Source: Acidimicrobiia bacterium
GTDB lineage: Bacteria > Actinomycetota > Acidimicrobiia > Spongiisociales > UBA5794
Reading direction: 5' to 3'
DNA: 64,000 nucleotides
NCBI GenBank assembly: GCA_051011415.1
Contig: JBPCTY010000047.1
Location: forward strand, 17,946-81,945
Part shown: in pieces, positions 46,357 through 59,475 of the stretch
Numbering within the stretch: position 1 is the stretch's first letter
Layout: every line of letters begins with the position of its first letter
The notes under the pieces: generated by a model
The model's input: only the letters and a program-made list of their open reading frames with translations
Databases searched by the model: none
What the model was told of the DNA's origin: nothing
Made by a program: the position numbers and the translations under genes

Positions 46357-47170
46357 TAGCCACCACAGCGACGGCGAGAGCGACGGTTGTGCGGATGACC
46401 CGAGCGTTGGGTTTGCCGACAGCGAGCACGCTCCAGAGGAACGCGATCAGGAGGCCAGACGCAAGCCCACCCATGTGAGCTCGCCAGTCGATCCCCCCGA
46501 CGAAGAGGGGGAGTGCAAGGTTGATCGCAAGGAGAACGCCGAGCTGATTGAACATGGCCCTTCCCCCAGGGGAATGCCGCATCTTCCATGCAACAAACAT
46601 CCATGCACCCAATAGGCCGAATATCGCACCGGATGCGCCAACAGATACCTGGTTGGTTGGACCGAAGACGTACGACACCATGCCGCCTGCACCAGCAGTG
46701 GCGACGTACAACGCGGCGAACGCGGCTTTGCCCACCTGCTGTTCCAGCCTCGGTCCGAACAGGTACAACGCATACATGTTGAACAAGATGTGCATCATCC
46801 CGCCGTGGAGCAGAGCCGCAGTAAAGATCCGGTACCACTGGCCTTGGGCGACAAGCCAGTTTGCCTGGCTCAGGTTTTCGAGAAGCCATCGATCGATCTC
46901 AGGGGAGAGCAGGCCTGCGACGAAGATTGCAGATGTCAGCCCGATCAAGCCGAGTGAAACTGGGGATGACTGGAACGATGGCCGCCCCGTCGTGTGCCGT
47001 GCGTGGACAACTCGCGCACCCGGTTGGGGTGTCGCGCATTCGGGACACTTCTGACCGACGCTTGCGTCCTGAGAGCACTCGACACAGATCGGTTTTCCGC
47101 ACGTTGTGCACGACAAGCCGGTGATCCGGTCGGGGTGTCGGTAGCAGGTAGTCACGGTTGAGTCGCTCAT
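46334..47170 (-). CDS. Rhomboid-family intramembrane serine protease with an N-terminal zinc ribbon
   Basis: CYRHP...CTTCGKPICVECS...CPEC, then HxxxN (HILFN), the catalytic GASGAIFG and the AHMGG His. Confidence 0.9.
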   Translation of the reverse strand: MSDSTVTTCYRHPDRITGLSCTTCGKPICVECSQDASVGQKCPECATPQPGARVVHARHTTGRPSFQSSPVSLGLIGLTSAIFVAGLLSPEIDRWLLENLSQANWLVAQGQWYRIFTAALLHGGMMHILFNMYALYLFGPRLEQQVGKAAFAALYVATAGAGGMVSYVFGPTNQVSVGASGAIFGLLGAWMFVAWKMRHSPGGRAMFNQLGVLLAINLALPLFVGGIDWRAHMGGLASGLLIAFLWSVLAVGKPNARVIRTTVALAVAVVAIAVTITV

Positions 47171-47281
47171 CGTCTTGGAACGGTAACGATGCCGATCAGA
47201 AACCTGTTCGGTCTTTCAGTCATTTGTTGTTGAAGATGGAACGAGATGTGAGGACTGCGATCCCGTTGCTCGGGTCGATTC

Positions 47282-48709
47282 CTACTTGAGCTTGCCGAGA
47301 GCCGGCGGTCTTCGTTTCCAATGCTCCGTTGCTTGCTGGAAGGCAAACGCTGCCCGCAGAACATCAAGATCGGCTCGGTGTCGTCCCACGATTTGGAGTC
47401 CGATGGGTAGGCCGTCGGGAGTGAATCCTCCCGGTACAGAGATAGCCGGGAGCTCAGTGGCGGAGATGTAGTAGCAGCTGGCGAACCACGACGTGTAGTT
47501 GTCCATCATGACGTCATTGATCTGTGTCGGGTATTCCTCGGTGACCGGAAATGGCGGCACAGCCGACGTCGGCACGACCAGGAAGCGATAGGTGTCCAGA
47601 AACTTGAGGACTCGGTTGCGGAGCCGAGTCCTGGCTTCGACGGATCGGCCGATGTCGATCGGCGAGAGGCCAAGCCCGTATTCGACATTCCAGTGGATCG
47701 AGTCCTTGTATGAATCTGGGTCTTTTTTTACTGCATCCGCAAAGTCGCGTGCATACACGTAGCCCCGCCACACGGAGAACGCTTCCTCTGCACCCTTGAA
47801 GTCGGGCTCGGCGTCGTGGACATCGAAGCCAATGTCTTGCAGCACCTGTCTCGCCGGTCTGAGCGCCTCAGTGACTCGGCTGTCGATAGGGAGTCCTCCA
47901 AGGTCTTCGGACCAAGCGATGCGCTGACCGGACCAATCAGCTTGCAGAGGTGTTGCGAAGTCTGCACCTGGTTGGTCAATCGAGATGGGAATCCTTGGAT
48001 CCGGGCCTGCAGTTGCCGCCATGAAAAGCGCCACGTCCTCAACTGTGCGCGCAATCGGTCCGTGTACTGAGTGGGTCGCCCATGCATCCTTGGTTGGCCA
48101 AGTCGGAACTCGTCCCGGGGATGGTCGAAACCCGACCGTGTTCGTGAAAGAAGCCGGATTGCGGAGCGATGCGCCGAAATCCGAACCGTCGGCGATCGGG
48201 ACCATGCCTGCGCTCACCGCAACCGCCGCACCGCCGGACGAACCCCCAGGGGTCCGTTCCAGATCCCACGGATTGAGTGTCGTACCGAACACCTCGTTGA
48301 ACGTCTGGCTACCAGCACCGTGCTGTGGCGTGTTTGTCTTGCCAACAGTGACCGCTCCGGCATCCTGGGCTCGCTGAACGATGAGAGCGCTTCGTGTCGG
48401 AACAAAGTTTGCATACACAGGTGAACCGAAGGTGGTCCGTATGCCCTTGGTCTCCTTGGTGTCCTTGTGGGCAATGGGGAGCCCCGTCAGAAGTGGTGGA
48501 ACTCCTCCCGCAGCGAACCGTGCGTCGGCCTCTCGTGCCATCTCTCGAGCGAGGTCAGGGGTGTAGGTGACGATTGCGTTGAGTGTCGGGTTGGACGCTT
48601 CGATCCGTGCGAGATGAGCCTCCAGAAGCTCGGAAGCAGAGATCTCTCGCCGTCGCAGGAGGGCTGCCTGATCGACGGCCCGACTCTCAAGGAGCTCAGT
48701 CAACGACAC
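47282..48709 (-). CDS. Amidase-signature family amidase
   Basis: The GGSSGGAAVAV...GSDFGASLRNPA signature and a Lys in IAHKD. Confidence 0.9.
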   Translation of the reverse strand: MSLTELLESRAVDQAALLRRREISASELLEAHLARIEASNPTLNAIVTYTPDLAREMAREADARFAAGGVPPLLTGLPIAHKDTKETKGIRTTFGSPVYANFVPTRSALIVQRAQDAGAVTVGKTNTPQHGAGSQTFNEVFGTTLNPWDLERTPGGSSGGAAVAVSAGMVPIADGSDFGASLRNPASFTNTVGFRPSPGRVPTWPTKDAWATHSVHGPIARTVEDVALFMAATAGPDPRIPISIDQPGADFATPLQADWSGQRIAWSEDLGGLPIDSRVTEALRPARQVLQDIGFDVHDAEPDFKGAEEAFSVWRGYVYARDFADAVKKDPDSYKDSIHWNVEYGLGLSPIDIGRSVEARTRLRNRVLKFLDTYRFLVVPTSAVPPFPVTEEYPTQINDVMMDNYTSWFASCYYISATELPAISVPGGFTPDGLPIGLQIVGRHRADLDVLRAAFAFQQATEHWKRRPPALGKLK

Positions 48710-48716
48710 CGCAGCC

Positions 48717-50873
48717 CTAGCTCATCCGACGCGGGAGTGCATTGCTCCAGATGGCTTCCGCTTCCTCAAGGTCGATCGATCCAGCCGCCCCGAAGTCGAG
48801 AACGGTGCCACCGATTGTGCCGATCTTCCGATGCGGTTCCTCGGTTTCGAGCGCATCAGCGTCGACTGCGACGATGAACCGAAGCGGGGTCTCATCGAAC
48901 AGATCGGAAACGTTCCCACCGTCCACGGAGAACCCGATCCCTGACTTGATGGCAATCTCCGCGAGGGCAACGGCGAGGCCGCCTGTCGAGATGTCGTGGA
49001 CGACCGGAGCGTGTGCGGCAAGCGTCGCAGCAGCAGAGACTGCGTGTCTCGCCGCATCGCCGTCGACACCCAACGGTCTGCCGCCGAGGTTGTCGTTGAT
49101 AATTCGGTCGATAGCTGACGCTGCAAAGTCGCCTTGGGGCTCCTGCCCCACGACCCACAGCGTCATGCCCTCTGTTGCACGATCGAGCCGCGGAGGTGCT
49201 TCTGGCATCGGGTCACAGAACCCAAGCATCCCTACGACGGGCGCGGGGTAGATGTCGACGCCGTCCGTCTGGTTGTAGAACGACACGTTCCCTCCGACGA
49301 CAGGGACATCGAGTTCCTCGCAAGCTGCAGCCATGCCCTCAACTGCCTCGACGAACTGCCACATCACGCCTGGCACCTCGGGGTTGCCGAAGTTCAGGTT
49401 GTCAACGAGTGCGTATGGCCTCGCACCGGTAACAGCAACATTGAGTGCCGATTCGTACACGATTCGTTCGGCGCCTCTTCGTGGGTCCAGGTAGGTACGA
49501 AGGGAGTCCCCGTCAGTTGAAACCGCCAGACCTTTTTGGGTGCCCTTGATACGGAGCAGTGAGCCGTCGTGTCCTGGTTCGACGATCGTGTTGAGAAACA
49601 GCATGTGGTCGTACTGATTGGAGATCCATGAGCGGTCGCCGATTGCTGGGTCGTCGAGCAACACGCGTAGGACGTCCCCCGCATCGCCCTTGGGAGTGAC
49701 GTATCCCCGGTCCCAGATGTCGTCGAGATAGTCGGGGCGATCGTACGGACGGTTGTAGATAGGTGCGTTGTCGGCAAGCGATGCGGCTGGGACGTCTGCG
49801 ACGAGTTCGCCCTTCGAGAAGACGCGAAGCTCTGGGCCTTCGGTCACCGTTCCGATCGACGATGCTTCAATCTCCCACTTCTCGGCGAGCGCGAGCACCT
49901 CCTCCTCGTTTGCGGGAGTGACAATCGCAAGCATGCGCTCTTGCGACTCGGACATCAGGATCTCCCCGGGATTCATGTCCTTCTCCCTGAGGTGGACCCT
50001 GTCGAGATCGACATCCATGCCCATGCCGCCGTTTCCGGCTGTCTCTGATGTCGCGCAGCTGATGCCAGCGGCACCGAGGTCCTGGATTGCAACCACAAGC
50101 CCCTTGTCGTACAGCTCGAGACAAGCCTCGATCAGCTTCTTTTCTTCGAACGGGTCGCCCACTTGAACGTTCGGCCGCTTCTCTTCGTCTCCCTCTTCGA
50201 ACGAGGCCGATGCGAGTATCGAGGCGCCACCGATGCCATCCCTCCCGGTTGCATTGCCGAGAAGGATTGCGATGTTGCCTTCGCCGGATGCGGCCGACAG
50301 GACCAGTTGCTCAGCCTTCAGAAGACCGAGCGCCATCACGTTGACCAGCGGATTCTTGGCGAAGCGATCAGCGAACTCCACCTCGCCACCGAGCGTGGGG
50401 ACTCCAACCGCGTTTCCATATCCGGCGATACCGGAGACGACACCCTCCAGGAGGTAGCGATTCTGAGGATCGTCGAGCGGTCCGAAGCGGAGCGGGTCCC
50501 AGACTGCGATCGGCCTCGCTCCCATGGTGAATACGTCTCGAAGGATGCCTCCGACGCCCGTTGCGGCACCTTGATACGGCTCGACGAAACTCGGGTGATT
50601 GTGGCTTTCGATCCGAAGTGCGGCCAGCCAACCATCGCCGAGATCGACGACTCCAGCGTTTTCGCCTGGTCCGACGACGACCCAAGGCTGATCCGAAGAG
50701 AACTTTCCAAGATGCGATCGAGAGGACTTGTACGAGCAGTGCTCGGACCACATGACCGAGTACATCGCAAGCTCGGCTGCGAGTGGTTCGCGCCCGAGCA
50801 GCTCGACGACTTCTGCGTATTCAGCATCTGTCATTCCGAGGGCGATGTGCGCCGGAGTCGCCTCGACGGTCAT
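48717..50873 (-). CDS. purL: Phosphoribosylformylglycinamidine synthase subunit PurL
   Basis: 718 aa, small-PurL architecture ([17 protein letters not shown]). Confidence 0.96.
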   Translation of the reverse strand: MTVEATPAHIALGMTDAEYAEVVELLGREPLAAELAMYSVMWSEHCSYKSSRSHLGKFSSDQPWVVVGPGENAGVVDLGDGWLAALRIESHNHPSFVEPYQGAATGVGGILRDVFTMGARPIAVWDPLRFGPLDDPQNRYLLEGVVSGIAGYGNAVGVPTLGGEVEFADRFAKNPLVNVMALGLLKAEQLVLSAASGEGNIAILLGNATGRDGIGGASILASASFEEGDEEKRPNVQVGDPFEEKKLIEACLELYDKGLVVAIQDLGAAGISCATSETAGNGGMGMDVDLDRVHLREKDMNPGEILMSESQERMLAIVTPANEEEVLALAEKWEIEASSIGTVTEGPELRVFSKGELVADVPAASLADNAPIYNRPYDRPDYLDDIWDRGYVTPKGDAGDVLRVLLDDPAIGDRSWISNQYDHMLFLNTIVEPGHDGSLLRIKGTQKGLAVSTDGDSLRTYLDPRRGAERIVYESALNVAVTGARPYALVDNLNFGNPEVPGVMWQFVEAVEGMAAACEELDVPVVGGNVSFYNQTDGVDIYPAPVVGMLGFCDPMPEAPPRLDRATEGMTLWVVGQEPQGDFAASAIDRIINDNLGGRPLGVDGDAARHAVSAAATLAAHAPVVHDISTGGLAVALAEIAIKSGIGFSVDGGNVSDLFDETPLRFIVAVDADALETEEPHRKIGTIGGTVLDFGAAGSIDLEEAEAIWSNALPRRMS

Positions 50874-51562
50874 GCGTCGACGGTTTCCATTGAGGCAACG
50901 AAGCTGTTGATCAGCACCATGCCGTCTGCTGATCCAAGGATCTCTTCTGATGCCCGTTCGGGGTGAGGCATCAACCCAGCAACGTTACGGCTCGAGTTGG
51001 TGAGCCCAGCGATCGAGTGGGTCGAGCCATTCGGATTCGTTGCATCTGACACGGTGCCATCGGCATCGCAGTACTTCAGGATCACGTCGCCGCTCGACTC
51101 GACACGGTCTGGGTCATCGACGACGAAGTTGCCTTCGTAGCTGTTCAGCGGAATCTGCAACACCTGGCCGACGGTGGCGCTGCGGGTAAGAACCGAGTCG
51201 GTTGATTCAACCCTCAGGTGGACCGGTCTGCAGATGAACTTGAGATCGCGGTTGGCAACAAGGGCACCAGGGAGGAGACCGGCTTCGCACAGGATCTGGA
51301 ATCCATTGCAGATGCCGAGGACGGGACGGTTCGCCTCGGCGAGTCGCTGGACCTCGGCCATCACAGGTGAGAATCGGGCGATGGCACCGGTGCGGAGATA
51401 GTCGCCATGCGCAAACCCTCCGGGCAGCACGACTGCGTCGGCTCCCGAAAGGTCAGTGTCTCGGTGCCACACCAGATCGCTGTCAGCGCCGGCGCCGTGG
51501 AGAGCATGCACGATGTCGTGTTCGCAGTTCGTGCCGGGAAACACGACGACGGCGACTCTCAC
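50870..51562 (-). CDS. purQ: Phosphoribosylformylglycinamidine synthase glutaminase subunit PurQ
   Basis: Trimmed to GTG 51562, which overlaps the purS stop as [18 protein letters not shown], the nucleophile GICNGFQIL, and MPHPER. Confidence 0.93.
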   Translation of the reverse strand: MRVAVVVFPGTNCEHDIVHALHGAGADSDLVWHRDTDLSGADAVVLPGGFAHGDYLRTGAIARFSPVMAEVQRLAEANRPVLGICNGFQILCEAGLLPGALVANRDLKFICRPVHLRVESTDSVLTRSATVGQVLQIPLNSYEGNFVVDDPDRVESSGDVILKYCDADGTVSDATNPNGSTHSIAGLTNSSRNVAGLMPHPERASEEILGSADGMVLINSFVASMETVDA

Positions 51563-51804
51563 GTGACTTCCTCGATTGAGAACGACTCCATCACTGGGTT
51601 CGAGAGAAGTTTGGAACACATCTGTTCGACCTCGGCCCTCGCTGCGGCAGAATCGTCGTTGTTGATCTCGACGGTCAGAACTCTGCCGAAGCTCACGCTC
51701 TGCACCCCATCGAAGCCGAGATCCGAGAGTGCCTTCTTGGTGGTGGTGCCTTCAGGATCGGAGAGCCCTGGTTTACGGGTGATCGTGATCCGGAACGTGG
51801 TCAT
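51559..51804 (-). CDS. purS: Phosphoribosylformylglycinamidine synthase subunit PurS
   Basis: 81 aa with the ...RKPGLSDPEGTTTKKALSDLGF family pattern. Lies between purC and purQ. Confidence 0.92.
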   Translation of the reverse strand: MTTFRITITRKPGLSDPEGTTTKKALSDLGFDGVQSVSFGRVLTVEINNDDSAAARAEVEQMCSKLLSNPVMESFSIEEVT

Positions 51805-52706
51805 CGGCCACCGGAAGTCTCGAGGTAGGAGTCGAACGATGCTCCGGTGAGGAGTTCGTACGCCTGGATGTACCGATCTGATGTTTCCTGGACCACCGAT
51901 GCAGGCATGGTCGGCGCTGGCGGTGTCTTGTCCCAGTCATCGACCGTCTCCAGCCAATCTCGAACGGGTTGCTTGTCGAAGGACGGGACGGGTGAACCTT
52001 CGCTCCACCGGTCAGCTGGCCAGTAGCGGGAGCTGTCGGGGGTGAGCACCTCATCGATGAGGATGATCTCGTCTCCGAACATTCCGAACTCGAATTTCGT
52101 GTCGGCGAGGATGATTCCTCGGTCTGCGGCATAGTCCCTGCCTGCCCCGTAGATCGCCATCGATCGGCGTTTGAGTTCGTCGTAGAGGTCATTACCAACG
52201 AAGTCCCTCGCCTCGGCTTCGGTGAGATTCTCATCGTGCCCACTCTCTGCCTTGGTCGCCGGTGTGAAGATCGGTTCTGGGAGCTTGCTTGCCATTTGCA
52301 GGCCGTCGGGAAGATGCTCAGTGGTTGGCCCTCCGCCGGACTCGTACTCCTTCCAGCTCGATCCGTACAGGTATCCACGGATCACGCACTCCATCGGGAT
52401 GACCTCGGCGGCGTGCACGAGCATCGCACTTCCGGCATATGACGCTTGTTGCTCTGGCGTGAGGAAGTCCATCGAGCTGGTGTCGGTGGAGATGAGGTGG
52501 TGCGGGGTATCGAGAAGGTCAAACCAGTGCACCGAGACTCCGGTCAGCACTTGTCCCTTGTGGGGAATGTCCTCGTCCAGGACTACGTCAAACGCCGAGA
52601 TGCGATCGGAAGCAACGATGAGCAACCGCTCGTCGTCGATTCGAAAGATCTCGCGGACCTTGCCCGATCCAATGTGTTCCAGCGCCACGGCGGAGATGGT
52701 AATCAC
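51801..52706 (-). CDS. purC: Phosphoribosylaminoimidazole-succinocarboxamide synthase
   Basis: The conserved region starts at ...HIGSGKVREIF...SDRISAFD. Start set to GTG 52706 (GGGAGA upstream), with 52688 also possible. The track extension to 53174 is antisense to the globin gene. Confidence 0.9.
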   Translation of the reverse strand: MITISAVALEHIGSGKVREIFRIDDERLLIVASDRISAFDVVLDEDIPHKGQVLTGVSVHWFDLLDTPHHLISTDTSSMDFLTPEQQASYAGSAMLVHAAEVIPMECVIRGYLYGSSWKEYESGGGPTTEHLPDGLQMASKLPEPIFTPATKAESGHDENLTEAEARDFVGNDLYDELKRRSMAIYGAGRDYAADRGIILADTKFEFGMFGDEIILIDEVLTPDSSRYWPADRWSEGSPVPSFDKQPVRDWLETVDDWDKTPPAPTMPASVVQETSDRYIQAYELLTGASFDSYLETSGGR

Positions 52707-52790
52707 AGCTGGTTGGTCTCCCAGCCAACGATGGCAGTCAGCTGCGTGGTGCTGTGCCGTCACGATCCGGCAGCTTTCTAGCCTCGGCAT

Positions 52791-53189
52791 ATGACCACCA
52801 CAACGAACCCTTGGGGAGATGCACCAACGCCGTTTGAGGCGATGGGCGGAGAACCAGTTATCAGAGCGGTGGTCGACCGCTTCTACGACCTGATTGATGC
52901 CGATGCGCCGACACTGCGGGCAATGCTCCCCGCCGACGACTCGGTGTCTCGCGACAAGCTCTACGCCTATCTCGTCGAGTGGACCGGTGGGCCTGCTTTG
53001 TATTCGCCAGAACGCGGCCATCCACGAATGCGGATGCGTCACGCACCATTCGCGATCGGCGAACAAGAAGTGATCCAGTGGTTGGCCTGCATGGAGCAGT
53101 CGCTTGACGACAACGACGTCACCGGTGACGTTCGTGCGTTTCTCGATGAGAAACTGGACGCGCTCGCACACCACATGCGCAACACCTGA
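52791..53189 (+). CDS. Group II truncated hemoglobin (2-on-2 globin)
   Basis: 132 aa, FEAMGGEPVIRAVVDRFYDLI...YLVEWTGGPALY...HPRMRMRHAPFAIG (proximal His context). Confidence 0.85.
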   Translation: MTTTTNPWGDAPTPFEAMGGEPVIRAVVDRFYDLIDADAPTLRAMLPADDSVSRDKLYAYLVEWTGGPALYSPERGHPRMRMRHAPFAIGEQEVIQWLACMEQSLDDNDVTGDVRAFLDEKLDALAHHMRNT

Positions 53190-53242
53190 GGCGTTCTGAT
53201 CTGGCTGTCGGTTGGAGCGACAGACCTACCGGTGAACGGCTG

Positions 53243-54538
53243 TCACAGTGTGGACGATTCGAGCCTGTCGAACACCACATCAGCGTTTGCGAGAAAGCGC
53301 TGAGTTCCGAAGCACTCGGAGAGTGTTGCCTCGTCGAGCGGAACATCAGTGTCGGAGGAAAGCCGCTCTTGCAATGTTCCACCCTCGTCCCAAGCCTGCA
53401 TGGCGTTCCGCTGCACGATCCGGTAGGCCTCGTCGCGGGTCATTCCCTCGTCGATGAGGGCGAGCAGGACTGCCTGGCTGTACACAAGGCCTCTCGTGGA
53501 TGCCAGGTTTGCCGCCATGCGGTCCTCGTCGACGACCAAGTTGTCGATCAGTTTGGTGAGGCGCCGCAAGGCATAGTGAAGAATCGATGTCGCATCAGGC
53601 AGTGCGACCCGCTCAACAGACGAGTGCGAGATGTCTCTCTCGTGCCACAGGGCGACGTTCTCAAGACCGGCTGACGCATAGCCTCTGAGCAATCGAGCAA
53701 CGCCGGTTAGGTTTTCCGATGCGATCGGATTCCGCTTGTGCGGCATTGCCGAAGATCCCTTTTGTCCCTTGCCAAACGACTCTCGCGCTTCTCCGACCTC
53801 GGACCGCTGAAGATGCCTGATCTCGGTGGCAAAGCGTTCAACCGTGGATCCGATGAGTGCCAGCACCGAGAGGAAGTGTGCATGCCGATCCCTCGCAACA
53901 ACCTGTGTTGAGGCTGGCTCGATATTGAGACCGAGGCGGTCGCACACGAACGACTCCACCGAGGCGGGCGTGTGGGCGTAGGTGCCGACGGCACCGGAGA
54001 TCGCACCGACCGCAACACCCGTGACAGCGTCGGTGAGCCGCTCGTAGTCACGTTGCACTTCGAAGGTCCATGATGCAAGCTTGAGCCCGAATGAGGTCGG
54101 TTCAGCCCAGATGCCATGGGTGCGACCGATCATCGCGGTGTCCCTGAATTCGAAGGCTCGCCGCTTTGTGACGTCGTGGAGCTTGGCGACTGCATCAAGA
54201 AGTGTCGTGCCCGCTTCCATCAGGACGACTCCTGTTGCGGTGTCGAGCACATCCGACGATGTGAGCCCGAAGTGGATCCACTCGCCGCCCTCGCCTACGG
54301 ATTCGGACAGCAGGTCAACAAACGCAGCGACGTCGTGGTTCGTCCTGCTTTCCCGTTCCTTCCAACTGACCACATCGACCTCGGGTGCCGATCGCGCATT
54401 GGTGGCTGCCGCCTCGGGGGCGACTCCTTCGGCAACCCATGCCTCCACGACGAGAGTCTCAACTTCCTTCCAGACGGCGAGCTTGTGCTCCTCCGACCAA
54501 AGGTCATTCATCTCGGACGTGGAGTAGCGCTCGATCAT
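53243..54538 (-). CDS. purB: Adenylosuccinate lyase
   Basis: The N-terminus [17 protein letters not shown] and the signature GSSAMPHKRNP. Confidence 0.96.
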   Translation of the reverse strand: MIERYSTSEMNDLWSEEHKLAVWKEVETLVVEAWVAEGVAPEAAATNARSAPEVDVVSWKERESRTNHDVAAFVDLLSESVGEGGEWIHFGLTSSDVLDTATGVVLMEAGTTLLDAVAKLHDVTKRRAFEFRDTAMIGRTHGIWAEPTSFGLKLASWTFEVQRDYERLTDAVTGVAVGAISGAVGTYAHTPASVESFVCDRLGLNIEPASTQVVARDRHAHFLSVLALIGSTVERFATEIRHLQRSEVGEARESFGKGQKGSSAMPHKRNPIASENLTGVARLLRGYASAGLENVALWHERDISHSSVERVALPDATSILHYALRRLTKLIDNLVVDEDRMAANLASTRGLVYSQAVLLALIDEGMTRDEAYRIVQRNAMQAWDEGGTLQERLSSDTDVPLDEATLSECFGTQRFLANADVVFDRLESSTL

Positions 54539-54981
54539 GCCTTGAGGCTCTCCCTGTAGTCGGCCAGTTTCGCCGCAACGCTGTCGTCAGTCACGGAGAG
54601 AATCGATGCTGCGAGGTATGCAGCGTTCGCAGAACTATCAATCGCAACGGTTGCCACAGGTATGCCAGTCGGCATCTGCACCGTCGCATACAGTGCATCA
54701 ACGCCGCCGAGACCTCCAGCTGCGATCGGCACGCCGATGATGGGCAGCGTCGAATGTGCCGCAGCGGCGCCGGCCAGGTGTGCAGCCTTGCCCGCTCCAC
54801 AGATGATGACCCCGTAGCCGTTTGTCCGTGCCGAGGACACAAACGCGGCAACCTTCTCGGGTGTGCGATGCGCAGACATCACATGAACTTCGTGGTCGAT
54901 ACCGAAGTCGGACAGCACATCCGCACACGGCTGCATCTTTGACATGTCCTTCTCGGACCCCATAAGGATTGCGACCTTCAC
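54535..54981 (-). CDS. purE: N5-carboxyaminoimidazole ribonucleotide mutase (class I PurE)
   Basis: GSEKD...[10 protein letters not shown] (the SAHR motif of class I) and AGKAAHLAG. Confidence 0.93.
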   Translation of the reverse strand: MKVAILMGSEKDMSKMQPCADVLSDFGIDHEVHVMSAHRTPEKVAAFVSSARTNGYGVIICGAGKAAHLAGAAAAHSTLPIIGVPIAAGGLGGVDALYATVQMPTGIPVATVAIDSSANAAYLAASILSVTDDSVAAKLADYRESLKA

Positions 54982-54996
54982 CTGTTTGCTCCTATC

Positions 54997-57674
<2,678 letters not shown>

Positions 57675-57761
57675 TTAGGGTGCACATCGCCCGGTCTCCC
57701 GATCGGGCTTGGGCGGCTACAGCCGTCCCCAACTTGGAAACAATGGAGGAGGGGTTACAGC

Positions 57762-58883
57762 ATGCTGAAGAGACTTGCTGTGCTCTTTGCAGTTCTCGCA
57801 CTGGTCGCCGCAGCTTGTGGTGGCTCAGACGAGGGCGGAGAGACAACTACCACAGTCGCTGAAGGCGGCGACGGTGGCGGTGAAGAAACTGGACAAGAAG
57901 GCGGAAGCACCCTTGAGGCTGTACAGGCTCGTGGGAAGCTCATCTGTGGCGTTTCCGGCACCGCTGTCGGATTCTCAGAGACTCAGCCAGACGGCTCGGC
58001 AACCGGCTTTGATGCCGATTACTGCCGTGCAGTTGCAGCTGCTGTTCTCGGAGACTCAACAGCCGTCGAGTTCCGTCCTTTGACGGCAGCCGAGCGGTTC
58101 GAGGCTCTCAAGAACAACGAGATCGACGTGCTGATTCGTAACACGACCTGGACTCAGAGCCGTGACACGGACATCGGTATGCAGTTCGTCGCGACGACGT
58201 ACTTCGATGGCCAGCAGATCATGGGTGATCCGGCGACCTTGCCAGGACTCACTGCATCGAGCGGCTTCGAAGCTATCGACGGCGCAACCGTTTGCACGAA
58301 CGCCGGTACGACGACTGAGAAGAACATCACCGAGGGTGCAGCTGTTGCTGGCGTGACCATCACGCTCGAAACGGTTGAGACATTCCCTGAGGCAATGGAG
58401 AAGTTCAAGGCTGGTACGTGTGACCTCGTCACGACGGACGGTTCTGGTCTCTACGGAAACCGTTCAGCTGAGGCGCAAGCCGGAACTGAAGGCGCTGAGA
58501 ACTGGGTGATCTTCCCAGAAGCACCTATCTCCAAGGAGCCACTCGGCCCCGTCGTTCGTCAGAACGATGACCAGTGGATGGACGTCATCCAGTGGACCGT
58601 GTTCGCCACATTCATCGCTGATGAAAACGGTGTCACGTCGGCCAACGTTGGCGACATGATGGATGCAACACCTGAGCTGAGCCGTTTGTTCGGTGGCGAG
58701 GGCGAGCTCCAGACCGCAATGGGACTATCTGCTGATGCGTTCTTGAACTCCATCAAGCAGGTCGGCTCGTACGGTGAAATCTACGAGACCAACCTCACGG
58801 GCCCACTCGGGCTCGCACGTGAGGGCAGCTACAACATGCAGTGGTTCGACGGTGGCCTTATCTACGCACCGCCGGCTCGCTGA
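57762..58883 (+). CDS. aapJ: General L-amino-acid ABC transporter substrate-binding lipoprotein
   Basis: Trimmed to ATG 57762, preceded by GGAGGAGGGG. Lipobox LVAAAC. AapJ/BztA-like core (GKLICGVS...GFDADYCRAVAAA). Confidence 0.88.
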   Translation: MLKRLAVLFAVLALVAAACGGSDEGGETTTTVAEGGDGGGEETGQEGGSTLEAVQARGKLICGVSGTAVGFSETQPDGSATGFDADYCRAVAAAVLGDSTAVEFRPLTAAERFEALKNNEIDVLIRNTTWTQSRDTDIGMQFVATTYFDGQQIMGDPATLPGLTASSGFEAIDGATVCTNAGTTTEKNITEGAAVAGVTITLETVETFPEAMEKFKAGTCDLVTTDGSGLYGNRSAEAQAGTEGAENWVIFPEAPISKEPLGPVVRQNDDQWMDVIQWTVFATFIADENGVTSANVGDMMDATPELSRLFGGEGELQTAMGLSADAFLNSIKQVGSYGEIYETNLTGPLGLAREGSYNMQWFDGGLIYAPPAR

Positions 58884-58908
58884 TCTAGCTAGCTGACAAG
58901 AGATACGG

Positions 58909-58945
58909 AAAGGGACCGCCTTCGGGCGGTCCCTTTTCTTTTTGG
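58909..58945 (+). terminator. Intrinsic terminator after aapJ
   Basis: AAGGGACCGCC-TTCG-GGCGGTCCCTT is followed by TTCTTTTT. Confidence 0.8.
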
Positions 58946-58946
58946 C

Positions 58947-59031
58947 TCTTTGCTCGCATCGGTCGCTTCGCTCCCTTGCTCGCAGCTTTGAGCTTTTGGC
59001 TTTGAGCTTTTAGCTCTTGGCTTGCGGCTTG
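58947..59031. repeat. Left arm of a long imperfect inverted repeat
   Basis: Base-by-base pairing with 59559-59476 gives perfect blocks of 11, 25, 13 and 13 bp separated by single mismatches, with a few indels near the inner end. The arm contains a tandem GCTTTGAGCTTTT(G/A) unit. Confidence 0.85.
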
Positions 59032-59032
59032 G

Positions 59033-59452
59033 TCAACCGGGGAGGTCTCGGTGGATGCGTTGGATTGTTGTGTTGATCATCCGTCGGACTTCGTTGACCT
59101 CGTTCTGCAGTCTGTTCATTGCTGCTGGCTCTCCGACTCCGACGTCTCTTGCGAGGATCGCCTGGGTCTCGACCTCACACGCTGAGCCATAGGCGATGCG
59201 AAGGAACCGCAGGAACTCCTTGTCTGATCCCCGACCGCTGCCTTCAGCGATGTTGCTCGGCACCGATACCGCCGCTCGGCGAATCTGGGATCTGAGGCCG
59301 TAGAGCTCACTGTCTGGGAACGGATCTGTTGCGTCGTATGCGATCCGGGCCAGGACCATGGATCGCTGCCAGATTCGGAGATTGTGGTGGTTCTGCACAC
59401 CCGACAAGTACCGCACCAGCCCGGAAGGTTCAATGCCTCCGCACTGATCCAC
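59033..59452 (-). CDS. Four-helix-bundle protein ('23S rRNA intervening-sequence protein' family, Avd-like)
   Basis: ...LRIWQRSMVLARIAYDATDPFPDSELYGLRSQIRRAAVSVPSNIAEGSGRGSDKEFLRFLRIAYGSACEVETQ matches the family consensus. The true start is probably internal (GTG 59416 or 59398). Confidence 0.85.
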   Translation of the reverse strand: MDQCGGIEPSGLVRYLSGVQNHHNLRIWQRSMVLARIAYDATDPFPDSELYGLRSQIRRAAVSVPSNIAEGSGRGSDKEFLRFLRIAYGSACEVETQAILARDVGVGEPAAMNRLQNEVNEVRRMINTTIQRIHRDLPG

Positions 59453-59475
59453 AAGAGGCGACTGGACTGCAGGCT

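Noticed and set aside
47723-47729. A7 run (T7 on the plus strand) inside the amidase gene, in the A_AAA_AAA register of a -1 frameshift slippery site
   Set aside because: It encodes an ordinary V-K-K-D stretch of an intact amidase. The -1 frame yields only a featureless tail of about 70 codons, and there is no downstream stimulatory structure. It is probably coincidental, though unusual for a GC-rich genome.
58985-59020. Short tandem repeats GCTTTGAGCTTTT(G/A) that could suggest a CRISPR-like or minisatellite array
   Set aside because: There are only two units with no spacers. The same units occur in reverse complement at 59495-59520, so they are part of the inverted-repeat arms of the cassette and not an array.
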